From: a virus
Reading direction: 5' to 3' (one strand)
Virus record (IMG/VR): IMGVR_UViG_3300028394_000035
Length of the DNA stretch: 64,000 nt
The translations under genes and the position numbers were made by a program. Shown here in pieces: positions 1 to 8,411 of the stretch. The notes under the pieces are model-generated. The model ran no database searches, had not been told where the DNA came from, and saw nothing but the letters and a program-made list of their open reading frames with translations. Positions within the stretch are counted from its first letter, which is position 1; every line of letters begins with the position of its first letter.

Positions 1-1
1 G

Positions 2-211
2 ACTAAAGATGATTTGTCGAAAAATGTAACTGCTAGATTTTATGAAGAAAGTTATATTAACAAATTTTATATTCTGAATAAAGGTGATGTAGTCACTCTT
101 GGTCCAGAATTTGCATTTCCAGAATCATTTGAAAGGTTTTGCAATTTTGCTAAGAAAATTGTTCATATATCTAAAGACAATAAACAATATCACGAAAATC
201 CTGAGTGGTAA
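2..211 (+). CDS. 3' fragment of a probable GT6 (ABO-like) glycosyltransferase, truncated by the window start
   Basis: Frame open from base 2. YEESYINKFY...LGPEFAFPE...KIVHISK resembles the GT6 C-terminal (H)DESHxNKY...LSPEY..P motif. Confidence 0.5.
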   Translation, partial: TKDDLSKNVTARFYEESYINKFYILNKGDVVTLGPEFAFPESFERFCNFAKKIVHISKDNKQYHENPEW

Positions 212-213
212 CT

Positions 214-978
214 ATGAATAAAAATTTATCAATTTATTATCACATTTGGAGTCCACCAAATACTGATTTTTGGAAGTTAATGGTCGATGAACAACTTAAA
301 AGAGTTTATCGATCTGGAATTTTAGATCAAGCAAGATTTTACTGTGCAATCAATGGTAAACAAGGACAAAGAATTGCAGAATTTGTTTCTCTTTATGATT
401 GGGTTAGAATACTGGAAGTGTCGAATGATGATGATCAATATGAAGGATTTACTTTAAAACATCTTTATGAAGAGTGTTTGTATAATACAGATTTAAAAGT
501 TCTTTATTTTCACACTAAGGGTATAAGTCATTTTGCTGGAGCAAGAGATCATTATTCTGATAGAAAATTTAGAGCTATCAATAGTTGGAGACACCAAATG
601 GAATGGGGCGTAATTGATCGTTGGAGAGAATCAATAGAAAAACTTGACGAATATCAAGTTTCTGGTGTAAACTATTGTTTAGATCCTTGGCCGCATATGA
701 GTGGCAACTTTTGGTGGTCAAAGTCATCTTATGTGAATACCTTACATCATCCGACCAATTGTTCTTTTTCTCAAGACTCTAAAGATTTTGGACCTATTCA
801 AAGAATGAATTTTGAAAAATGGATTGGATTGAATAATCCAAAATGTTTTAGTTTTTATGATGCTCCATTCAGTTATGACCATAAAGAAATGGTCCCAGAT
901 GTACAACCAACTCCTCCGGGTGAACCGAACTGGTTTTGGTTGTATAGAGACGACATTGAACCTTACTACAGAAAATAA
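214..978 (+). CDS. Hypothetical protein, glycosyltransferase-like
   Basis: 255-aa ORF (ATG at 214) in the GT cluster, with YFHTKGISH and HMSGNFWW motifs typical of viral GT-cluster proteins. Confidence 0.55.
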   Translation: MNKNLSIYYHIWSPPNTDFWKLMVDEQLKRVYRSGILDQARFYCAINGKQGQRIAEFVSLYDWVRILEVSNDDDQYEGFTLKHLYEECLYNTDLKVLYFHTKGISHFAGARDHYSDRKFRAINSWRHQMEWGVIDRWRESIEKLDEYQVSGVNYCLDPWPHMSGNFWWSKSSYVNTLHHPTNCSFSQDSKDFGPIQRMNFEKWIGLNNPKCFSFYDAPFSYDHKEMVPDVQPTPPGEPNWFWLYRDDIEPYYRK

Positions 979-985
979 AATTAAA

Positions 986-1708
986 ATGACTTTCGGATGT
1001 TTTCACACAGTATATAAAAATAAAAAAGCAACAGAATTTGTTCTTCAAGAATTTCGCAAATACTATCCAAATAATCCATATACTATTATTTGTGACGGAG
1101 GTATAGATTATTCAGATTTATGTAAAAAATATGATTGTAATTATGTACATTCTTATATGAGAATTGGTAGAAGAAATTGGGGAGATTCATCTGGAATTTA
1201 TGGATTCACAAAAGATGAAAGTCTTCATTGGTTGCATCATTTTAGAGAAGCAGCAAAGCATGTAAATAAAAATAATGGAACGCATATGATCATGATGGAG
1301 GACGATGTACTTACTCAAGGTGAAGTCAAAATTGATTCATCGTGGGAATGTGCTGGATTTGATGTTCCAGGAAATAAAATTTCTTTAACACTTTTGGAAC
1401 ATATTAAAATAAAATATGGTGCTAATCCGAATGTGGATTGGTATGGTGCTGGTGGTGGAAGTATATTTAATATAAAAACTTTTTTAGATAATTATCATAA
1501 AATATATGATTTTATTGATGATGATTTTGATTTAATACTTAATACTATGGATCATAGATTTGGATGGTTAGATCTTTATATGCAAATTATATATTTTATT
1601 TGCGGTAAAGATTATGTTATTAATACCAATTTAACTGAAACTTGGAAAACACCAGATTTTAAAAATTCTAATTTTTCTTTAGTTCATGCATATAAGGAGC
1701 TTTATTGA
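986..1708 (+). CDS. Glycosyltransferase, GT-A fold (GT2-like)
   Basis: ATG at 986 follows the upstream stop; IICDGG and acidic MEDDV (DxD-like) motifs. The ORF-track extension to 857 overlaps the previous gene. Confidence 0.6.
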   Translation: MTFGCFHTVYKNKKATEFVLQEFRKYYPNNPYTIICDGGIDYSDLCKKYDCNYVHSYMRIGRRNWGDSSGIYGFTKDESLHWLHHFREAAKHVNKNNGTHMIMMEDDVLTQGEVKIDSSWECAGFDVPGNKISLTLLEHIKIKYGANPNVDWYGAGGGSIFNIKTFLDNYHKIYDFIDDDFDLILNTMDHRFGWLDLYMQIIYFICGKDYVINTNLTETWKTPDFKNSNFSLVHAYKELY

Positions 1709-2670
1709 TGAAAATAGCATTAATTGGTCCAGGTCTTATGGAAATTCCAACTAACGGATGGGGCGCTGTTGAAATTTTAATTTGGGAATATGCAAAAGAA
1801 CTAGGTGAATTGGGTCATGATGGTGTAATTATCAATACTCCAGATATTGAAGAAATTATTGATTACTTTCGAGATGAACAATATGACATTATTCATTTGC
1901 ATTATGATATGTTTTATCACGTTTTAAATAAAATTAAAGAACTACAACCCAATGCAAAGATTGCAATTAGTAGTCATCATGCTTATATTGAACGACCAGA
2001 AATACACAATCGATATGGTTATGGTCCAGTCTTTGATTTTTTGGTAAAGAATAAAACGTATTATAACTTTTGCATCTCTCATAAAGATTATAATGCATTT
2101 AAAAATGCAGGTGCCGATGAGAGAAAATTAAGAATTTGTCAAAATGGTGCTAACCATAAAGAAATTTTATTTAAGAATATTTGCATCAAACCAAATAGAT
2201 CTCTTTATCTTGCTAAAATTGAATTAAGGAAAAGACAACATCTTTATCAATCTATTGATACTTTGGATTTTGTTGGTAGATATACAGATACTACATCATT
2301 TGATTCTAGTAAAAATTATCTTGGAGAGTGGGAACATCAATATAAATTGGACCATTTAACTGATTATGCAAATGTAGTTCTTTTATCTGATGGTGAGAAT
2401 GGAACACCTCTTTGTATTAAAGAAGGAATGATGGCAGGATTGGGTGTTGTATCGTCAAAATGGGCTGCACACGAACTTCCAAATGAACCATATATTACCG
2501 TGATTGATGATGACCATTGGAATGATATTGATTACGTATCTAGGGCAATAGACGAAAACAGAAAAATATCTGTTCAAATGAGAAAAGAAATTAGAGAATA
2601 TGCAGTCAATACTTTTTCTTGGGAAAGTCTAGTTAAACTTTACGAAAAAAATATTACAGAGTTGATATGA
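1708..2670 (+). CDS. Glycosyltransferase, GT-B fold (GT4-like)
   Basis: MKIALIGPG...GWGAVE N-terminus, DIIHLH, and ExxxxCIKEGMMAG (EX7E-like) motif. Confidence 0.8.
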   Translation: MKIALIGPGLMEIPTNGWGAVEILIWEYAKELGELGHDGVIINTPDIEEIIDYFRDEQYDIIHLHYDMFYHVLNKIKELQPNAKIAISSHHAYIERPEIHNRYGYGPVFDFLVKNKTYYNFCISHKDYNAFKNAGADERKLRICQNGANHKEILFKNICIKPNRSLYLAKIELRKRQHLYQSIDTLDFVGRYTDTTSFDSSKNYLGEWEHQYKLDHLTDYANVVLLSDGENGTPLCIKEGMMAGLGVVSSKWAAHELPNEPYITVIDDDHWNDIDYVSRAIDENRKISVQMRKEIREYAVNTFSWESLVKLYEKNITELI

Positions 2671-3614
2671 AAATTACATTAGTTGGACCTGGTTTATCTC
2701 CTATTCCACCGACAGGGTGGGGTGCTGTTGAAATTCTTGTGTGGGAGATGAATCTTTCATATCAAAAAATGGGACATGATGTGCAGATTGTTAATAAGAC
2801 AGATCTTAATGATGCACTAAAAGAAATTAATTCATTTAATCCAGATTTTGTGCATATTCAGTATGATGATTATGTTGTTCTTTGTCCTCATTTGAGATTC
2901 CCAACAGCAATCACTACACATTATGGTTACTTGGGTAGACCACAATTGATTGGTGGATATTGGCAAAAACTTGCTTATTTCCCGATGATTCAACCTAATA
3001 TTTTTGCGCTATCTCAAGAAATTGCAACATTTTATTCAAACCTTGGCATTCCAAAAGAAAAGATTTTTGTAACACCCAACGGAGTAAACGCAGAAAACTT
3101 TAAGATAACTGATTATCCAGAACATTCCGACAAAAGTCTTTATCTTGCCAAAATTGTTGATAGAAAAAGGCAACATATGTTTCAGGACATATCCTCACTA
3201 TATTATGCTGGAAATATTGAAGATGGTAGATTTGATACTACCAAAAATTATCTTGGAGAGTGGGATAAGAAAGATTTGTATAACAACTTAACTCATTTTG
3301 CAAATCTTGTTCTTTTGAGTGATGGCGAAGCACACGCTCTTGTGTGCATGGAAGCTTTATCTGCTGGATTAGGATTAGTTATTTCTGAATGGGCATCTGC
3401 GAATTTGGATACTAACAAAGAATTTATTACGGTAATTCCTGAAGATAAAATAAACAATATAAATTTTATAGATAAAAAGATCAAAGAAAATAGAGAAGTA
3501 TCTTTAAAAAACAGAAAAAATATTGTAGAATATTCTAAACAATTTTATTGGGATACCATCCTACAAAAATATCATCTACCGTTTATGGAGAAAATAATTC
3601 GTGGACAAAAATAA
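2667..3614 (+). CDS. Glycosyltransferase, GT-B fold (GT4-like), paralog of the upstream gene
   Basis: MKITLVGPG...GWGAVEILVWE, DFVHIQ, EAHALVCMEALSAG. Confidence 0.8.
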   Translation: MKITLVGPGLSPIPPTGWGAVEILVWEMNLSYQKMGHDVQIVNKTDLNDALKEINSFNPDFVHIQYDDYVVLCPHLRFPTAITTHYGYLGRPQLIGGYWQKLAYFPMIQPNIFALSQEIATFYSNLGIPKEKIFVTPNGVNAENFKITDYPEHSDKSLYLAKIVDRKRQHMFQDISSLYYAGNIEDGRFDTTKNYLGEWDKKDLYNNLTHFANLVLLSDGEAHALVCMEALSAGLGLVISEWASANLDTNKEFITVIPEDKINNINFIDKKIKENREVSLKNRKNIVEYSKQFYWDTILQKYHLPFMEKIIRGQK

Positions 3615-4395
3615 ATCTTTATATAAATTAAAAGGAATTCCTTCAATTTTGTGGTTGAATCTTGATTCTGATACTAAACGCCGCGAATATATGGAAACCC
3701 AATTTAAGTATTGGGAAATAGAAAATCATACACGTATATCTGGTTACGATGGTAGAATTGAAGATGTAGCATTATATTTAAAGGGTTCTTATCCGGAAAA
3801 TATGATACAAAATGAAGTTGGGTGTTGCCTTTCACATTTAAAAGCAATTAAACATTTTTATGAAAATACCACAGAAGATTATATTTTAATTGTAGAAGAT
3901 GATATTGTTTTTGATATTTCTTGTTATTGGAATTTTACCTGGAAGGATTTTTTTTCTAAATTACCTTATGATTGGGACTGTGTGCAATTGACAACTATTT
4001 GTACTGGTAATATCCATATCAAACTTCATAATCATTTTATTAATGATTTCTCTGCTGCTGCATATTTAATCACAAGACATCATGCAGGAAAAATTATTAA
4101 AAATCATATTCGTGGCGAAAAATATAAACTTGACAATAAAGTAAAACCAAGAGCAGTTTCTGAAGATTTGATTTTTGGTTCTGGTAAAACATATACCATA
4201 CCATTATTTTTATATTCTTTGGATTTGAGTTCTTCTATACATCCAGAACATATTGATATATTTCATAAACAAAGTTATGATGCTCTTCTCAATTACTGGA
4301 AACAAAGTGGACCATATTTAAATATTGATGAATTGCTTGATTATGATCCGTACTTAGGAAAAATATCAGAACCAGAACCCCCACCTGAGGGTTGA
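3601..4395 (+). CDS. Glycosyltransferase family 25
   Basis: WLNLDSDTKRR, GCCLSHLKA, ILIVEDD and AAYLIT motifs of GT25; GTG start. Confidence 0.85.
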   Translation: MDKNKSLYKLKGIPSILWLNLDSDTKRREYMETQFKYWEIENHTRISGYDGRIEDVALYLKGSYPENMIQNEVGCCLSHLKAIKHFYENTTEDYILIVEDDIVFDISCYWNFTWKDFFSKLPYDWDCVQLTTICTGNIHIKLHNHFINDFSAAAYLITRHHAGKIIKNHIRGEKYKLDNKVKPRAVSEDLIFGSGKTYTIPLFLYSLDLSSSIHPEHIDIFHKQSYDALLNYWKQSGPYLNIDELLDYDPYLGKISEPEPPPEG

Positions 4396-4425
4396 CAAAA
4401 GTTTTACCCCATGCTACAATAAATA
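4392..4425 (+). promoter_or_regulatory. Sigma70-type promoter with overlapping T4-type late promoter
   Basis: TTGACA (4392-4397), 17 nt spacer, TACAAT (4415-4420); ATAAATA at 4419-4425. Confidence 0.75.
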
Positions 4426-4477
4426 GGTTCTTGAGATTCCTGAAAAATCTCTATTAACATTTCACAATAAAAAATTT

Positions 4478-5359
4478 ATGTTTATTCGTTCTTTAATTGC
4501 TGGTACTGTTGCTCTGACTGCGGTTGCTCCAGCATTTGCTGCTCCTGCCTTATCAGATGTACAACCAACTGACTGGGCATATGGAGCAATCCAAAATCTC
4601 AATGCTCGTTATGGATGTCTTGTTGGTTATCCTAATGGCACTCTGAAGCCTGCTGCTGATGCAACTCGCAGTGAAGTATTTGCTTTGACAAATCATTGTC
4701 TGGATAACATCACTCAATTTTACACACAAGCAGACGCACAACTTGCTGCATCTCTTCGTGCCCAAATTGGTGCCACCAATAAGCGTGTAACCACTCTTGA
4801 AGTTGCTGCTGTAACTGCAACACAACGTCGTCAGTTAGGCGTTGGTAACTATGGTGGTATTGCCTTTGCTGGCAATGCTGCTAACTATCCAGGTGTAACA
4901 CCATTGGGTAATCGTGTATATGAATCAGGTGTGACACTTCAAGGTCGTCTAAGGGCACTTGATTTGGGCAATCAGTATGCTATCTCTGCTCGTCCTTATG
5001 TAACCTTTACTTCCACTCCTAACTATGTAAGTGGTGGTGTATTTGGTGGTGGTCTTGCTACTCTTGATATTCCTCTTTCACGTAGGACTCTTGCCGATGG
5101 AACTAAAGTATCTGCTGCTAACCTCTATGTTGGCGCTGGTGGTCAGGTGGGTGGCAATCAAAGTGCTGGTGTCGGTGTAGTTGGTGCCGAAGTATCAGTA
5201 GCAAAGAACATTGTTCTATTTGCTGATGCCAAGATTCCTTTTGCTGAAACTGGCGCAGAAACCTTTGGTTCTACCAGAGTTGGTCGTGCCACTTATAACT
5301 ATGGCAGTGGTCAAGGTTACAATGTAACTGGAACCGTTGGCGTGGGTATCAAGTTCTAA
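4478..5359 (+). CDS. Secreted SLH-domain protein with a short outer-membrane beta-barrel (cyanobacterial porin-like N-terminus)
   Basis: Signal peptide ending in AFA; SDVQPTDWAYGAIQNL..RYGCLVGYPNGT...TRSE (SLH motif of SomA/B porins); coiled segment; amphipathic strands; C-terminal Phe (GVGIKF). Confidence 0.75.
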   Translation: MFIRSLIAGTVALTAVAPAFAAPALSDVQPTDWAYGAIQNLNARYGCLVGYPNGTLKPAADATRSEVFALTNHCLDNITQFYTQADAQLAASLRAQIGATNKRVTTLEVAAVTATQRRQLGVGNYGGIAFAGNAANYPGVTPLGNRVYESGVTLQGRLRALDLGNQYAISARPYVTFTSTPNYVSGGVFGGGLATLDIPLSRRTLADGTKVSAANLYVGAGGQVGGNQSAGVGVVGAEVSVAKNIVLFADAKIPFAETGAETFGSTRVGRATYNYGSGQGYNVTGTVGVGIKF

Positions 5360-5366
5360 TTTTGGT

Positions 5367-5576
5367 ATGACGATCACAACCGAAGACGGCAATCGTCAAA
5401 ATATGTTTGCTGTCGAACCTAAAATGTACATTACGGAGAAAGACATGGAAGAACACGAACAAGAAACTTATGCTCAAAGGGCTGAGAAACTAAATGGGAG
5501 ATTAGCAATGCTGGGATTTGTAATTGCCGTTGGCACTTATTTGACAACTGGCCAAATACTTCCTGGAGTATTCTGA
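5367..5576 (+). CDS. hli: High-light-inducible protein
   Basis: AEKLNGRLAMLGF chlorophyll-binding motif and TGQILPG C-terminus; ATG at 5367. Confidence 0.95.
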   Translation: MTITTEDGNRQNMFAVEPKMYITEKDMEEHEQETYAQRAEKLNGRLAMLGFVIAVGTYLTTGQILPGVF

Positions 5577-5603
5577 AACCCTAACCTAACTATCCCTATA
5601 CAA

Positions 5604-5645
5604 AAAGACTCTGTTCTATATAAGAATGGAGTCTTTCCTCTTTTT
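5604..5645 (+). terminator. Intrinsic terminator after hli
   Basis: AAAGACTC (5604-5611) pairs with GAGTCTTT (5629-5636), followed by a T-rich tract. Confidence 0.6.
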
Positions 5646-5810
5646 ATGCCAAAAAATCAATTGACCAAAGACGAACTTAAGTGTTGGGTATTAAAATTAA
5701 AGCACAATTTACACGAAGAAAAAATAACCCAATATACAGCAGACCCCAAAACATTAGCAAATTTATATTTGAATAAAGTTCTAGAAAAAATCAACGAATT
5801 CAGATACTAA
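5646..5810 (+). CDS. Small hypothetical protein (54 aa), not in the ORF track
   Basis: MPKNQLTKDELKCWVLKLKHNLHEE...NKVLEKINEFRY; fills the intergenic gap. Confidence 0.65.
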   Translation: MPKNQLTKDELKCWVLKLKHNLHEEKITQYTADPKTLANLYLNKVLEKINEFRY

Positions 5811-5898
5811 ATATGTACTACACAGAAACTTTATTATTTTTTTGTGTGAGTATTTGCCTTATAATTATAAAAATTGGTTACTTTAATGGAGACAAAAA

Positions 5899-6594
5899 AT
5901 GAAAATTGACTTACATAAATTCTTTCAGTATTACGATGAGAAGAATCCAAAACACGTTGCAGCAGTAGAGCAACTTGAATTGGACTTGATTGATTCACCA
6001 TTAAGTGAGGATACCTCAAACTGGGTTAGAATTTTTAGAACAAAAATAGAAAAACCCAAGTCTGATATTCGTTTAGAAGTTCCTTATTATCCACAGACTG
6101 ATAATTATACAAATGCAGAACGAACTTGTAACTCATCTGCCTGTGCGATGTGTCTTGAGTATTTCAAGCCAGGAACTCTTAAAGGAACAAAAGGAGATGA
6201 TGCTTATATTCAAAAAGTATTTGCCATCGGTGATACAACTGACCATTCCGTACAGACAAAAGTTCTCGCAAATTATGGAATTCAGTCAAATTTTAGTTAT
6301 AATCTTTCTTTTGCTGATCTTGATAAAAGTCTTAGTGCTGGCAAACCTGTTGTTATTGGCATCCTACATCGTGGTTCTTTGTCTAATCCTACGGGCGGCC
6401 ACATGGTTGTAGTGATTGGTAAGACCCAGAGTGGTGACTATGTTGTAAATGACCCTTATGGATCTTTGAATGATGGTTATACAGGTGATGTTTATAATGG
6501 CAAAGGTGCTATCTATAAGAAATCAGATCTATCTGCTCGTTGGTGCCCAAATGGTAATGATGGGTGGGGAAGAATCTTTGATGTAAAAAAGTAG
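5899..6594 (+). CDS. Peptidase C39-like (papain-fold) protein with N-terminal extension
   Basis: PYYPQTDN..RTCNSSACAM (Cys), GGHMVVVIG (His), YVVNDPYG (Asp); late-promoter-like CTAAATA at 5807-5813. Confidence 0.85.
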   Translation: MKIDLHKFFQYYDEKNPKHVAAVEQLELDLIDSPLSEDTSNWVRIFRTKIEKPKSDIRLEVPYYPQTDNYTNAERTCNSSACAMCLEYFKPGTLKGTKGDDAYIQKVFAIGDTTDHSVQTKVLANYGIQSNFSYNLSFADLDKSLSAGKPVVIGILHRGSLSNPTGGHMVVVIGKTQSGDYVVNDPYGSLNDGYTGDVYNGKGAIYKKSDLSARWCPNGNDGWGRIFDVKK

Positions 6595-7061
6595 AAAACT
6601 CTATTCCTAATAAAGGAGTAGATCTTATTAAAGAGTTTGAGGGTTGTCATTTACAGGCATATCCAGATCCTCTATCAGGTAATCTTCCGATTACTATTGG
6701 TTGGGGAAGCACCAGAGATTTGAATGGAAAACCATTTAAACTGGGTCAAAAGATATCACAAAAAGTTGCTGATGATCTTTTGATATCTCAGATTGAAAAA
6801 GAATTTCTTCCTACACTTTCAAAAATACCTTATTGGAGTGAGATGTCTGATGGACAACGTGCTGCACTTCTTAGTTTTTCTTATAACCTCGGTGCTGATT
6901 TCTATGGTTCTGCAGATTTTACTACAATATCTGCTAGATTAAAAAATAAAGAATGGGATAAAGTTCCTGATGCTTTGTATCTTTATCGTAATCCTGGGTC
7001 AAATGTAGAAGCAGGATTAGCACGAAGAAGAAAAGCAGAAGGAAAACTTTGGGTTTCTTAA
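6582..7061 (+). CDS. GH24 (phage lysozyme) reading frame lacking its own start codon
   Basis: Frame opens after TGA at 6579-6581: VENSIPNKGVDLIKEFEGCHLQAYPDP...ITIGWG...ALLSFSYNLG...GLARRRKAEGKLW. The catalytic region lies upstream of the track's TTG at 6720. Confidence 0.9.
   Translation, partial: CKKVENSIPNKGVDLIKEFEGCHLQAYPDPLSGNLPITIGWGSTRDLNGKPFKLGQKISQKVADDLLISQIEKEFLPTLSKIPYWSEMSDGQRAALLSFSYNLGADFYGSADFTTISARLKNKEWDKVPDALYLYRNPGSNVEAGLARRRKAEGKLWVS
6585..6622 (+). promoter_or_regulatory. Candidate programmed -1 frameshift signal (A_AAA_AAG plus 3' stem-loop)
   Basis: GTA AAA AAG TAG in the C39 frame; stem TCTATTCCT (6600-6608) / AGGAGTAGA (6614-6622), 8 nt after the slippery heptamer. 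Confidence 0.8.
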
Positions 7062-7064
7062 TAC

Positions 7065-7256
7065 TTACAATCTTTCTTCTTTGTGTATCCAATCCTTAAG
7101 TTCTGAAACGTAGTCTCTTAATATCTGTGCCTTCTCTTCGTGCCACTTATCACCAGTTTCAAGGTATAATTTTGTATGATTATCAACTGCCTTTAGAATT
7201 CTGTGTATAGGTCCATTCCAGGGTTCTCTGGTAGGATTATTCCATTCCCTTGACAT
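7065..7256 (-). CDS. Small hypothetical protein (63 aa)
   Basis: Fits the intergenic gap exactly; minus-strand CTAAATA late-promoter-like motif near 7277-7283. Confidence 0.7.
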   Translation of the reverse strand: MSREWNNPTREPWNGPIHRILKAVDNHTKLYLETGDKWHEEKAQILRDYVSELKDWIHKEERL

Positions 7257-7328
7257 TGATGGGAAGCAATTTTAATTATTTAGATAAACCTGTTATGATA
7301 AATACTTAAAAAAAATAATATTATTTGA

Positions 7329-8408
7329 ATGAGTATTTTTACAAAAGCATTAAAACATTCAAAACCATCACATCAAATTGATGCAAAGATTGATTTATTT
7401 AATTATAAATTAAAAAAAACCAAATTGGGTGAGGCAATTGCAAACACCACTAGTGGTGTTTATAGCATAACTCAAGATATTCCTGAAAAACCTTATGTTC
7501 CACCAACAAATACTGAAGTTCCCGATTCCAGTGGAATTACTGGAAATGGATTTAATCAACCAACAGAGGGTGGAATTTACAATGATCCTAACACATGGGA
7601 TAGTGGATGGAACAATAATGATTATTTAAAAAATCCCAATGAAATTAATGGAGAAACTGATAGACCAATTGTTGCTACTGTTCCTGGTTCTCCTTATGAT
7701 AATGCAGGATATGGTGGAATTGTAACTTATAGTGGATATTTTGGAACAAGCGTTGGATATATTACTGCAGGTAATCAATATAGACAAATTTTAGTTGGAG
7801 GTCTTATTGGAGGAACTGAAGATCCTACTGCTCCAAACGCAAGATCACCAGGGGCTGGTGGTTATTATGGTGGTTTAACTGATGCTCAACATAATTATGC
7901 GATGGAATTTTGGAGAAGATACCAATCGATAGTAAATGTGGCAGGATCAAGATCACTAAGTGTTTGGAACACATACAATAGATTTCATGATTTTCAGAGA
8001 GGTGGTGAGTATGCTACTTGGACTGGTGGTCCAAAAAAAGATGGGATGATATTAACTCAGGTCAACCTTCTTGTTCACCCACAAACTTATGAGTCTGATC
8101 CTGGCTCTCCATATGAACGAGGATATACCACTTTAATATCTAGAAATGGATTGGGAGATTCCAATTATTATTCAGGACCAATTCCAAGTAAAATAGGAGA
8201 GGTATGGAATTTAAGTCCAGAAGCTTATAATCAGATGATTGCTGGTTCATTATCTGGAGCAAGAAATTCTGCTGGTGATAAACCAATAGATGCTAAAGGA
8301 CCACATAGTCCAATTAAAGATTATGGTGGAAATATGCGTTTTGGCCCATCAGGACCATCTAGAGATCCCTGGAGTCCAACGGGTTTATATAAAGCACCAG
8401 GAGCATAA
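7329..8408 (+). CDS. Hypothetical protein, Gly/Pro-rich, probable virion protein
   Basis: 359-aa ORF downstream of ATAAATA at 7298-7304. Confidence 0.7.
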   Translation: MSIFTKALKHSKPSHQIDAKIDLFNYKLKKTKLGEAIANTTSGVYSITQDIPEKPYVPPTNTEVPDSSGITGNGFNQPTEGGIYNDPNTWDSGWNNNDYLKNPNEINGETDRPIVATVPGSPYDNAGYGGIVTYSGYFGTSVGYITAGNQYRQILVGGLIGGTEDPTAPNARSPGAGGYYGGLTDAQHNYAMEFWRRYQSIVNVAGSRSLSVWNTYNRFHDFQRGGEYATWTGGPKKDGMILTQVNLLVHPQTYESDPGSPYERGYTTLISRNGLGDSNYYSGPIPSKIGEVWNLSPEAYNQMIAGSLSGARNSAGDKPIDAKGPHSPIKDYGGNMRFGPSGPSRDPWSPTGLYKAPGA

Positions 8409-8411
8409 AAA

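Noticed and set aside
6720-7061. ORF-track lysozyme starting at TTG 6720
   Set aside because: It would omit the catalytic Glu (KEFEG) and the ITIGWG motif, which are encoded in frame upstream.
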